Source of the DNA: a virus
Taxonomy: Duplodnaviria; Caudoviricetes
Length of the DNA stretch: 62,290 nt
Reading direction: 5' to 3' (one strand)
IMG/VR virus record: IMGVR_UViG_3300005529_000038
Span: 1 to 62,290 of that record
Each line of letters starts with the position of its first letter. Position 1 is the stretch's first letter. The position numbers and the translations under genes are program-made. Below, in pieces: positions 18,257 to 26,427 of the stretch. The notes beneath the pieces were generated by a model that was given only the letters and a program-made list of their open reading frames with translations, did not search any database and had not been told where the DNA came from.

Positions 18257-18448
18257 ATGAAGGTTTTGCTCGGCACCTGGCGCGACCATCACATCGAGCT
18301 CAATGAGCAGGACATGCGCCGGCTCGAGGCCGGCGAGATCCTGAAAGCCGATGGCGTCGAAATCATGGTGGAGCGGCACAAGTTCACCGAGCTGCCAAAG
18401 ACGGCCGACGGCCGCCGGCGGTTCCTGCGCGAGGGAAGGGCGGAGTAA
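18257..18448 (+). CDS. Hypothetical protein
   Basis: Short ORF with typical codon usage. Confidence 0.45.
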   Translation: MKVLLGTWRDHHIELNEQDMRRLEAGEILKADGVEIMVERHKFTELPKTADGRRRFLREGRAE

Positions 18449-18450
18449 GC

Positions 18451-18669
18451 ATGCCGATCGAACAGCACCTGGTTGTCACCGAACCGATTCTGCAATTCTT
18501 CGAATTCAGTCACCTGCCGCAGGCGCTCGCCGCGGTGTCGGCGCCGTTCGGTGATCTCGCCGTGCAGATCGTCGAGACGCTGCCGCGCAATCCGGAACGC
18601 ACCGTCGCGCTGCGCAAGCTGCTCGAGGCCAAAGATGCAGCGGTGCGCGCCAAGCTGATGCGGAGATGA
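18451..18669 (+). CDS. Small helical-hairpin protein, possible Acb2/Tad1-like nucleotide sponge
   Basis: EPILQFFEFSHLP...LPRNPERTVALRKLLEAKDAAVRA. Confidence 0.5.
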   Translation: MPIEQHLVVTEPILQFFEFSHLPQALAAVSAPFGDLAVQIVETLPRNPERTVALRKLLEAKDAAVRAKLMRR

Positions 18670-18867
18670 AGTCGACCGCGCTCATGCTGCTGATCGCATG
18701 CGAGAGCGCGGTTTTGTTTTTCTGCATTCGTGACGTGGTTTTGGCAGGCCGCATCCTGGGAGTTTGGTGATGATGCATATCGTTGACTGGCCGGAAGCCG
18801 CGGTTTTTATGACCGCGATCATCTGTTTCACCGTCTATCGCCTGGCGACCAAAGCGGGGACGAAGTG

Positions 18868-19098
18868 ATGACGAACGATCAGATCGACGACGACATGGCC
18901 AAGCTCGCCGCGGCTGTTGCCGCCGGCATGACGCCAGGTTTGCCAAAGAAAGCATCCGATGCCGCGCTGGTCGAGGCGCTGGGCGCCGCCTTCGGCCTGA
19001 TCGGCGGCTTTCTGAAAAACATCAACGATATCGCTGCCAACGCGCGCGACGATATGAAGTCCAGGAATGCGCTTTTGGATGAGCCGCGAGACAACTGA
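18868..19098 (+). CDS. Hypothetical protein
   Basis: TGATG-coupled to the ParB-like gene. Confidence 0.5.
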   Translation: MTNDQIDDDMAKLAAAVAAGMTPGLPKKASDAALVEALGAAFGLIGGFLKNINDIAANARDDMKSRNALLDEPRDN

Positions 19099-19685
19099 TG
19101 ACGACCGAGCCGATCATCAGCACCAACGAAGAACGCGCGCTCGCCTCACTGACCGTCGATCCGAAGAACGCGCGCCGGCATAGCGAGGCGCAGATCGCGC
19201 AAATCGTCGCATCGATCGAACGGTTCGGCTTTGTCGCGCCGATCATCATCCGCCCCAACGGCCAGATCATCGGCGGCCATGCCACGGTGATCGCGCTGAA
19301 GCGGCTCGAGCGCAGCGACGTCGTCGATTGTCGCGTCGTGCACGGGTTGAGCGAGGCCGGCTACCAGGCGCTGGGCGTCGCGCTCAACAAGATTCCGGAA
19401 AATTCGAGCTGGGACGACGCGGTGCTCCGCGACGTCCTGGCCTCGCTCGATGAGCTGGGCGAGGACACGTCCGGGCTCGGCTTCTCCTCCAATGAGCTGA
19501 CCAAGCTGCTCGCCGAACCGGAGGAGCTGGAGCTTAAGGAAATCGACACGACCACGGTCGAGGATGAATTCTGGATATCGATCCGCGGGCCGCTCGCCGA
19601 GCAGGCCAATGCGCTCAAGGCGCTGCGGGAGGCGATGAAGCCGTTCGCCGGCGTCACCGTCGAGCAGGGGACGATCGCAATCTGA
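19098..19685 (+). CDS. ParB/Srx-like N-terminal domain protein
   Basis: PKNARRHSEAQIAQIVASIERFGFVAPIII...IIGGH; NKIPENSSWD. Confidence 0.8.
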   Translation: MTTEPIISTNEERALASLTVDPKNARRHSEAQIAQIVASIERFGFVAPIIIRPNGQIIGGHATVIALKRLERSDVVDCRVVHGLSEAGYQALGVALNKIPENSSWDDAVLRDVLASLDELGEDTSGLGFSSNELTKLLAEPEELELKEIDTTTVEDEFWISIRGPLAEQANALKALREAMKPFAGVTVEQGTIAI

Positions 19686-20269
19686 TGCTGACCAAGATCA
19701 ACCACAAGCTCGACGAAGTGATCGGCCTGCTGATGGATGGCCGCGCACCGCCGCGCCAGCTCGCGCTGCCCGTCGTCGAACCCAACGAGGAGCACGCCGC
19801 GCAAATCGCGCAGCTGCTCAAGAACCTAAGCACCTTCGAGGAACGATCGCGGGGAGCTGCGATCCAGCAAGCGCAACTGTTGGCCGCCATGGCCACGAAA
19901 CTGGAAAGGTTGGAATGCATGTCGCAAGCCCTAATCGACGCGGTCGCAGCCCTGGCCGCGAACGTGCAGACCTTGACCGACACCACGGCCGCGCACGACA
20001 CCGAGGTGCAGGCCGGCATCAAGGCGCTCACTGACGCGCTCGCCAAGGGCGGCGCGCCGATCGACCCCGACGTCGCCTCTGCGGTCGAGCAGCTGTCCAA
20101 GCTGTCGACCCTGGTCAAGACGTCGGCCGACACGATCAACGCGGAGACCCAGTTGATTGCCGCTGCGGTCACGCCGCCGCCACCGCCAGAACCTGCACCG
20201 GCGCCCGCGCCTGCCGCTGATCCTCATCCGGCGGTGACGTTGGACCCTCCGCCGGCCGCAGGCTCCTAA
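19685..20269 (+). CDS. Coiled-coil hypothetical protein with Pro-rich tail
   Basis: 194 aa coupled ORF. Confidence 0.5.
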   Translation: MLTKINHKLDEVIGLLMDGRAPPRQLALPVVEPNEEHAAQIAQLLKNLSTFEERSRGAAIQQAQLLAAMATKLERLECMSQALIDAVAALAANVQTLTDTTAAHDTEVQAGIKALTDALAKGGAPIDPDVASAVEQLSKLSTLVKTSADTINAETQLIAAAVTPPPPPEPAPAPAPAADPHPAVTLDPPPAAGS

Positions 20270-20312
20270 GCGGCGGGAGCATCTGGCAGTTCTGATCCTG
20301 CCAATACGAACG

Positions 20313-20339
20313 CCCCGCGGCGATCGACACGCCGCGGGG
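20313..20339. other. GC-rich hairpin
   Basis: CCCCGCGGCG-atcgaca-CGCCGCGGGG, no U tract. Confidence 0.6.
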
Positions 20340-20587
20340 AGTAGTGCCGGGAAACTCAGGGGGTGACGGTGCCGCCGTCCTGGCGTCCTAACCGGACCTG
20401 CGCAGCCCCTTCGATCGGGACGGACACCCCGACCGAAGGATGGGAGCTTGGCACGCCGCGCGGGCGAAGCGGTTCATGAAACTCCTAAGGTCTGGAAGCG
20501 GCCCATTAATCTTTTCTGGTTGAGGTGTGAGCCCGTGGCCTCGAGGCTTCGTATCGGCCACCAGTTTTAGGCGGGAGTGTGATTGCG

Positions 20588-20803
20588 ATGGCGACCGGTG
20601 TCGTCAGGTTTTTCATCAGCCAGAAGGGCTATGGCTTCATCCTCCCCGACGATTCTGGCGCAGAGCTGTTCGTGCATCGCAGCCAGCTTGCCCGCGGCGT
20701 CTTCGAATTGAAGCCGCGTGATCGCGTCTCATTCGAGATCGGGCCCGCCAACCAGGGCAAGGGCGATGGCCGCCAGGCCGTCAACGTCAAGGTGATCGGC
20801 TGA
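20588..20803 (+). CDS. Cold-shock domain protein
   Basis: MATGVVRFF...KGYGFI (RNP1), LFVH (RNP2), QAVNV. Confidence 0.9.
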   Translation: MATGVVRFFISQKGYGFILPDDSGAELFVHRSQLARGVFELKPRDRVSFEIGPANQGKGDGRQAVNVKVIG

Positions 20804-21453
20804 TGGCTGCACCACGCCGCAACGCGATCGGCAAGCTGTCGACGCCTGGCTTTGAGAAGTCCGACAACAACCCGCAAGCGCACGACGCCAAGGTCAAGCT
20901 GCGCGAGCTAGTGATGGCGCAAATTCCGGTCCCCAAGGTGTTCGACGCCTTCGCCGGGAGCGGCGCCATGTATAGCGCGGTGTGGCGCAAGGCGCAGAGC
21001 TACACCGGTTGCGATCAAAAGCCGCAGAGCGATGAACGGCTGATGTTCTGCTGCGACAATCGCCGCGTGCTGCGCGCGATCGACCTGGCGCCATTCAACG
21101 TGTTCGATCTCGATGCCTACGGCTTCCCCTGGGAACAGGCGATCATCATCGCCGCGCGCCGGCCGATCGCCAGCGGCGAGCTCATCGGCTTCTGCTTCAC
21201 CGAGGCCGGCGGCATCATGTACAAATCCAATGGCGTTCCCAATGCGGTCACGATGTTGGCCGGCATCAAGGCCGGCAGCGTCGGGCTCGGCCGCGCACGG
21301 CATCAGCTGTTCGAAAAGACGCTCGCCGGCTTCCTCAAGATGACGCAGTGCGACGTCGTCAAGCGCTGGCAGGCCGTCGCGAAGCTGACCGCCAACGGCA
21401 AGGCCAGCGGCAATCAAACCATCTATTGCGGCGTCGTGCTCAGAGGCCGTTAA
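20803..21453 (+). CDS. SAM-dependent methyltransferase-like protein
   Basis: VFDAFAGSG motif I; FDLDAYGFPWEQ. Confidence 0.7.
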   Translation: MAAPRRNAIGKLSTPGFEKSDNNPQAHDAKVKLRELVMAQIPVPKVFDAFAGSGAMYSAVWRKAQSYTGCDQKPQSDERLMFCCDNRRVLRAIDLAPFNVFDLDAYGFPWEQAIIIAARRPIASGELIGFCFTEAGGIMYKSNGVPNAVTMLAGIKAGSVGLGRARHQLFEKTLAGFLKMTQCDVVKRWQAVAKLTANGKASGNQTIYCGVVLRGR

Positions 21454-21866
21454 CACATCGGCGCGAGACTTGCCTCAATCGGAGGCATCACCCGATGAAA
21501 ATGCAGCCATGGTTTGATCCGATCACCGAGCGCTGGCAGGACCCGAAGACGCCCAGCGCAGAGCCGCTGACCTACGCGGATCAGCAAATCATTCAACGCC
21601 TGGAGCAGGAAGACAAGGCGCGGGTGTTCTCCGTGCCGCGCATCTGGGAAGCGCTGCAGGCGACTGCGATCTCGAGTCTGATGGAGGCGCCGGCGGTTGA
21701 GCCGCCGGCAGATCCTGCGCCGAATGCCGAGGTGCCAAACTCCTGCGTCGTGATCATCGACGAAGCAATCGGAGGGATGGACTGATGCGCCGTCGCCGCG
21801 GTCCAGTGCTCCCGCATCATCCGGAGCTGATGAAGCGCATCGGGCTCTACGTGCCCGACACCGAAT

Positions 21867-23684
21867 TCAATCGCCGGGCGGCGGCTTACGCGAAGGAAGC
21901 GGCACGACGTTGCTACGTGAAGGCTCCACCGGAGCAGGTGAGGGCGCAGCGCCACCGGGCGGGCAAGCTGGGGGCTGCCGCCCGTTGGGGAAAGCCATCG
22001 CGACAATCGACTGGCGCAGAGCCATCACAGCCTTGAACAATTCGGCGCCGGTTTGATTCGTCGTATCGGCCAGGGCGGTGCGCTCCTCGAGCGTCATGCG
22101 CTCCACCGACCTGATCAGCATTTCCACCGAACGCATCAAGGTGATGACGTCGTCGACCTTCACCTTTGAGCCCGTGGCGAGATAGAGCCGCACGGCGTCC
22201 TGGACGCCCATGCGCGCGACGTCGAGATGCCGCGCGACGATATCGTCGGGAATGTCGGTCATAGGCCACCTTCGCTCTTTGGGCGCGTCACCGCCAGAGC
22301 CTTTTGCCCCGCTTCGGTGACAAAAAATGTCGTCCCCTCGCCAATGACAAATCTCTCTTCCAGGAGACCGATAGCAGCGAGCCGATCCATGACGCGCCAG
22401 TCGCTGGACAACGTGGCGCTCTTCGTCAGACCAGATGGGGTCTTTACCCCGCCTACCAAAGAGTAGCGGGTGTTAATGAACCGCAGCACAGCAAGCTGCG
22501 CAGATCCAAGCTTTCTCATGGCTTGCGCGCTTCCTGCGGTAGTGCATTGAGGCGGTCGTCGGCTTCGCGGGCGAGGTCCAGGATTGCATGCTCGTATTTG
22601 CTCCAGTTTTCCTGACCGCCAGCCGCCTCCTGCATCAGCGCAGCGGCGCGTGCCGTAAAGGGCATCTCCGCATCGCCAGTCGCGGCAGATGAGGGCGCAA
22701 CCGTTGACGACTGCATCGCATAGCGGTTGAGCGCAATCGCGACCCGCACCGCGTTGTCCCAGGTCGAGCCCTGCGCGATCACGGCATCAGGAATCGTCGT
22801 CGCGTTCGGGTCAACCAGTTCGAAGACGTCGGCATCGTGCGGGATGACAAAGAAGCGATCGACGCCGCGGACGTTGTGGCGAACGGCTTTATAGGTTGTC
22901 AAAGCTCGCTCCTCCCCATTGCGTGACGTCGGCCTCCGTGGCCAATCCGGTCAAGGCGTGTGCGAAGTTTGCCGGCGCGATCTCCAGCCGGATCACCACG
23001 CCAGGCTTGTCGGTCCGACGAACCACGATGCAGATCGGTGCGACGTCTTCACCCTCGATGCGCGAGATATTGACCAGCGCCTTGGCGAAGGCCTTCGGCT
23101 TGCTCATTCCTCGCCACCTTGCTGCGCCTCGAAGCTATCCGCCAGCGAGCGCGCCAGTTTCTTCGCGGCCCTGGCGATCGTATCGATGCCGGCATCAGAT
23201 TGCGCCAGGCCATCGATGCTTGTCATCGCCCAGAAGCCGAGGATGAGCGTGAGCATGGCGCCGACGTCGGCCGGCGAGCGGCCGGCAATCATGTGGTCGA
23301 AATAGGCCTTCGCGGCCGCGATGTGTTTGCTGTCGTCTGACATTCGCTCGCTCCTCAGAACGGAATGCTGTCGCTGTAGTCGGGGCAGGCGTTCATCGCC
23401 GCGACGTGAGCCACCTTCAGCGCGTCCACCTCTGGCGATGATGGGGCTTTCGCTAGAGCCGCCTCAACCGCCTTGTGCAAGTCCTCCAGCTTCGGCTTGG
23501 CGCGCTCGCGCGCCTGCTCCAGGTGGCGCGCGTGATTGGCGTGGTTGATTGCATCGCGCCGCACTTCATTGCGTTCGCCTTCAGCCACGTTGCAGCGGCG
23601 ATCGGATGCCTCCCTGACCGCGACAAGATCGATGATGCGGTCGACCAGCCGATCGAAAGCATCGGCTCCGGTGAATTCAGACAT
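21867..23684 (-). other. Run of six small hypothetical ORFs (21867-22262, 22259-22519, 22516-22902, 22889-23107, 23104-23343, 23355-23684)
   Basis: Tightly coupled leftward ORFs with RBSs downstream of the radical SAM gene. Confidence 0.6.
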
Positions 23685-23693
23685 GGCAACTCC

Positions 23694-24500
23694 TCAGTGA
23701 TGCTGCGGCACGCGCAACGGGTTGTGGTAACCAGGCGGCAAAAATGGCTGCAGGTCTTTCTTGATGTAGTGGGCCTTGCCGAGCGCCTGCAGCTTGTCGA
23801 TCATGCGCAGCGTGTAGTCGCGCCAGTCGAGCACGTTGGTGATCGACGGCACGTAGTTGGCGCGCCCGACCTTGTAGAGATCGACAAAGCCGTGTGTCGC
23901 GTCGACGATCGACAGCGACGACTCGAGATCAAGCGTCGGCTCGAGCGACACCCAGGTGAAGATGCCGCGCTCATGAAACTTGCGCAGCGTCTCGATCCTG
24001 TTCCACGGCAGCGCCGCGTTGCGTTCCCATTTCTCGGAAAACCTGGCGTCGAGCGAGGTCAGCGTCGAGGCGAAGGCGTCGCGATCGGGACGGAACGCAT
24101 AGAGATCCTGCAAGGCCCGATCGCCGCCCTTGGTCAGCGTGCAGAAGCCGAGCCCTGCACCGCGCAAATATTCCAGCGTCGTGCGGGTCAGGTGATTGTC
24201 GCCAGGATGGTACGGGTCCGTCGTGAAACTGAGCATCACTTGCTCGGTGACGCCGAGCTGCTGATACTTGCGGCAATCGGCTGTCAGCCGCTCGATGAAG
24301 TCGGCGCGCGGCACCGCGCCGGCGTCGAATTCCTTGCGGTCCTGCTTGGTCACGCGCGGCACGTAGCAATAGGCACAGCCGTGCCCACATCCGCGGTATG
24401 GATTGCAGGCCAGCGGGGCGTATTCGCCCGCCTGGCCCTTCGGCGCATAGATGATCGTGCAGCCTTTGACGGACACTCCGTCGTCGTTGAGCGTCGGCAT
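23694..24500 (-). CDS. Radical SAM protein (spore photoproduct lyase-like)
   Basis: NPYRGCGHGCAYCY (CxxxCxxC), TTDPY, TLTK, WVSLEP. Confidence 0.85.
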   Translation of the reverse strand: MPTLNDDGVSVKGCTIIYAPKGQAGEYAPLACNPYRGCGHGCAYCYVPRVTKQDRKEFDAGAVPRADFIERLTADCRKYQQLGVTEQVMLSFTTDPYHPGDNHLTRTTLEYLRGAGLGFCTLTKGGDRALQDLYAFRPDRDAFASTLTSLDARFSEKWERNAALPWNRIETLRKFHERGIFTWVSLEPTLDLESSLSIVDATHGFVDLYKVGRANYVPSITNVLDWRDYTLRMIDKLQALGKAHYIKKDLQPFLPPGYHNPLRVPQHH

Positions 24501-24528
24501 TGTAAACCCCGTTAACTGTGATGAGATA

Positions 24529-24557
24529 AACATACGTCATCGCGACGTATGACGCTA
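24529..24557 (-). promoter_or_regulatory. Promoter with 17-bp operator
   Basis: TAGCGT-17-TATGTT; TACGTCATCGCGACGTA at 24533-24549. Confidence 0.6.
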
Positions 24558-24566
24558 GGGCGTAGC

Positions 24567-25115
24567 ATGGGCAAAAGTGAAAAAAAGAAGCCGGCCGAAT
24601 CGGGCGACAAGCCGCGCGAGCGCAAGCGACTGGCGAAGATCGAATTCACGCCGGAACAGCGCAAGATCGTTGCCGGCCTCTCCGCGATCGGCTGCTCGCT
24701 CGATGAGATCGCCGCAACGCTGCGATCCTCCGGCCTGAAAATCTCCAACCGCTCGCTCGACGTGCATCTCAAAAAGGATGAGCTGCTGCGGCAGCAATAC
24801 GACGACGGCATCGCGACACGAAACGTCAAGCTTCGATCGCGCATGTTCCAGCAAGCGATGATGATGAACGGCGCTGGCGTGCATCAGGCTCAGTTCCTCG
24901 CGGTCAACTGGCTCGGCATGAAGCGCAACCCAGAGATCACCGACGAAGAGACCGCAAAGAATCAGGCCAAACATGACCAGGAGGCAGCAACTGCCCGCGA
25001 GCGCGTCACTGCTAAGCTCGAAGCTCTCTCCAAACGCCTCGCTGGCCGAGTTGCTGGCGGAGACACCGACGGAATTAAAAAGCTACCTGCGCCAGCTCAA
25101 GCAGAAGGAAATTGA
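24567..25115 (+). CDS. terS: Terminase small subunit
   Basis: HTH-like GCSLDEIAATL; immediately upstream of and overlapping terL. Confidence 0.7.
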   Translation: MGKSEKKKPAESGDKPRERKRLAKIEFTPEQRKIVAGLSAIGCSLDEIAATLRSSGLKISNRSLDVHLKKDELLRQQYDDGIATRNVKLRSRMFQQAMMMNGAGVHQAQFLAVNWLGMKRNPEITDEETAKNQAKHDQEAATARERVTAKLEALSKRLAGRVAGGDTDGIKKLPAPAQAEGN

Positions 25116-26421
25116 AGCGCTCGAATATGACTGGCGGTTCTGGGCGCGCCGCAACCAGATGGAGCCGCCCGGCGAAGCCTGGTCGATCTGGGCGATCATT
25201 GCCGGCCGCGGTTTCGGCAAGACCCGCACCGGCGCCGAATGGATCCGCGGCCTTGCCTATCCCCGCGGCTCGACGCCGCTGACCGGCGGCAAGATCGGCC
25301 ATATCGCCCTGGTCGCAGAGACCGCGGCCGACGCCCGCGACGTCATGGTCGGCTACGGCAAGGGCCCGGGCGAGGCCAGCGGCCTGCTCCAGGTCTGCCC
25401 GCCGGACTTCCGCCCGACCTATGTCGGCTCGACCCGGTCGGTGACCTTCCCCAATGGCGTGAGCTGCACGCTCTACAACGGCACCGAGCCCGACCAGCTG
25501 CGCGGCCCGCAGCACGGCGCCGCGTGGTGCGATGAGCTGGCCAAATGGCGCTATGCGCAAGAGGCCTATGACCAGCTCGAATTCGGCCTGCGCATCGGCG
25601 ACAACCCGCGCACCGTGATCACCACGACACCGCGGCCGATCAAGCTGCTCAAGGATATCCTGGCCGAAGAGACGACGGTGATGACGCACGGCTCCACCGA
25701 GGAGAACCGGGCGAACCTGTCGGCCAAGTTCATCAAGCGCGTCATCGAGAAATACGAGGGAACGCGGCTCGGCCGGCAGGAGCTGGCGGCCGAGATCCTG
25801 GACGACACGCCTGGCGCGCTGTGGTCGCGCGCCATGATCGACGCCCAGCGTATCAAGCCGCATCAGCTGCCCGACCTGGTCAGGGTCGTCGTCGCGATCG
25901 ACCCGGCGGTGTCGACCAACGAAGACAGCAACGAAACCGGCATCATTTGCGCCGGCAAGACCGACGGGCCCGATCCCGATTACTACGTGCTCGAGGACGC
26001 CAGCGACGTCCACACCCCGGGCGAATGGGCAAAGGAAGCAGTCGCGCTGTTCGACGCCAGGCATGCCGACCGGATCGTCGGCGAGGTCAACAATGGCGGC
26101 AACATGGTGGAGTCGACCGTGCGCAATGAGCGCCCGCATATCTCCTACCGCGCCGTCCACGCCTCCCGCGGCAAGTACACCCGGGCCGAGCCGATCTCAG
26201 CGCTTTACGAAAAGAAAAAGGTCCATCACGTAGGAAGCTTTGCCCGGCTCGAGGACCAAATGTGTGCCTTCACCTCCGACTTCGACCGCAAGGCCAACGG
26301 CTACTCGCCCGACCGCATGGATGCGCTGGTCTGGGCGTTAACGGAGCTTAATTCGGTCGTGGTCGATGATGACGTCGGCGGCGTGGTCTCGGTCCCGAAG
26401 CCCGCTCAAACCCTATGGTGA
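24973..26421 (+). CDS. terL: Terminase large subunit
   Basis: AGRGFGKT Walker A, LRGPQ..AWCDE Walker B, TTTP, AIDPA, SPDRMDA. Confidence 0.95.
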   Translation: MTRRQQLPASASLLSSKLSPNASLAELLAETPTELKSYLRQLKQKEIEALEYDWRFWARRNQMEPPGEAWSIWAIIAGRGFGKTRTGAEWIRGLAYPRGSTPLTGGKIGHIALVAETAADARDVMVGYGKGPGEASGLLQVCPPDFRPTYVGSTRSVTFPNGVSCTLYNGTEPDQLRGPQHGAAWCDELAKWRYAQEAYDQLEFGLRIGDNPRTVITTTPRPIKLLKDILAEETTVMTHGSTEENRANLSAKFIKRVIEKYEGTRLGRQELAAEILDDTPGALWSRAMIDAQRIKPHQLPDLVRVVVAIDPAVSTNEDSNETGIICAGKTDGPDPDYYVLEDASDVHTPGEWAKEAVALFDARHADRIVGEVNNGGNMVESTVRNERPHISYRAVHASRGKYTRAEPISALYEKKKVHHVGSFARLEDQMCAFTSDFDRKANGYSPDRMDALVWALTELNSVVVDDDVGGVVSVPKPAQTLW

Positions 26422-26427
26422 TCGACC

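Noticed and set aside
20340-20570. tRNA gene
   Set aside because: No convincing cloverleaf, T-loop GTTCRA or CCA end found by eye
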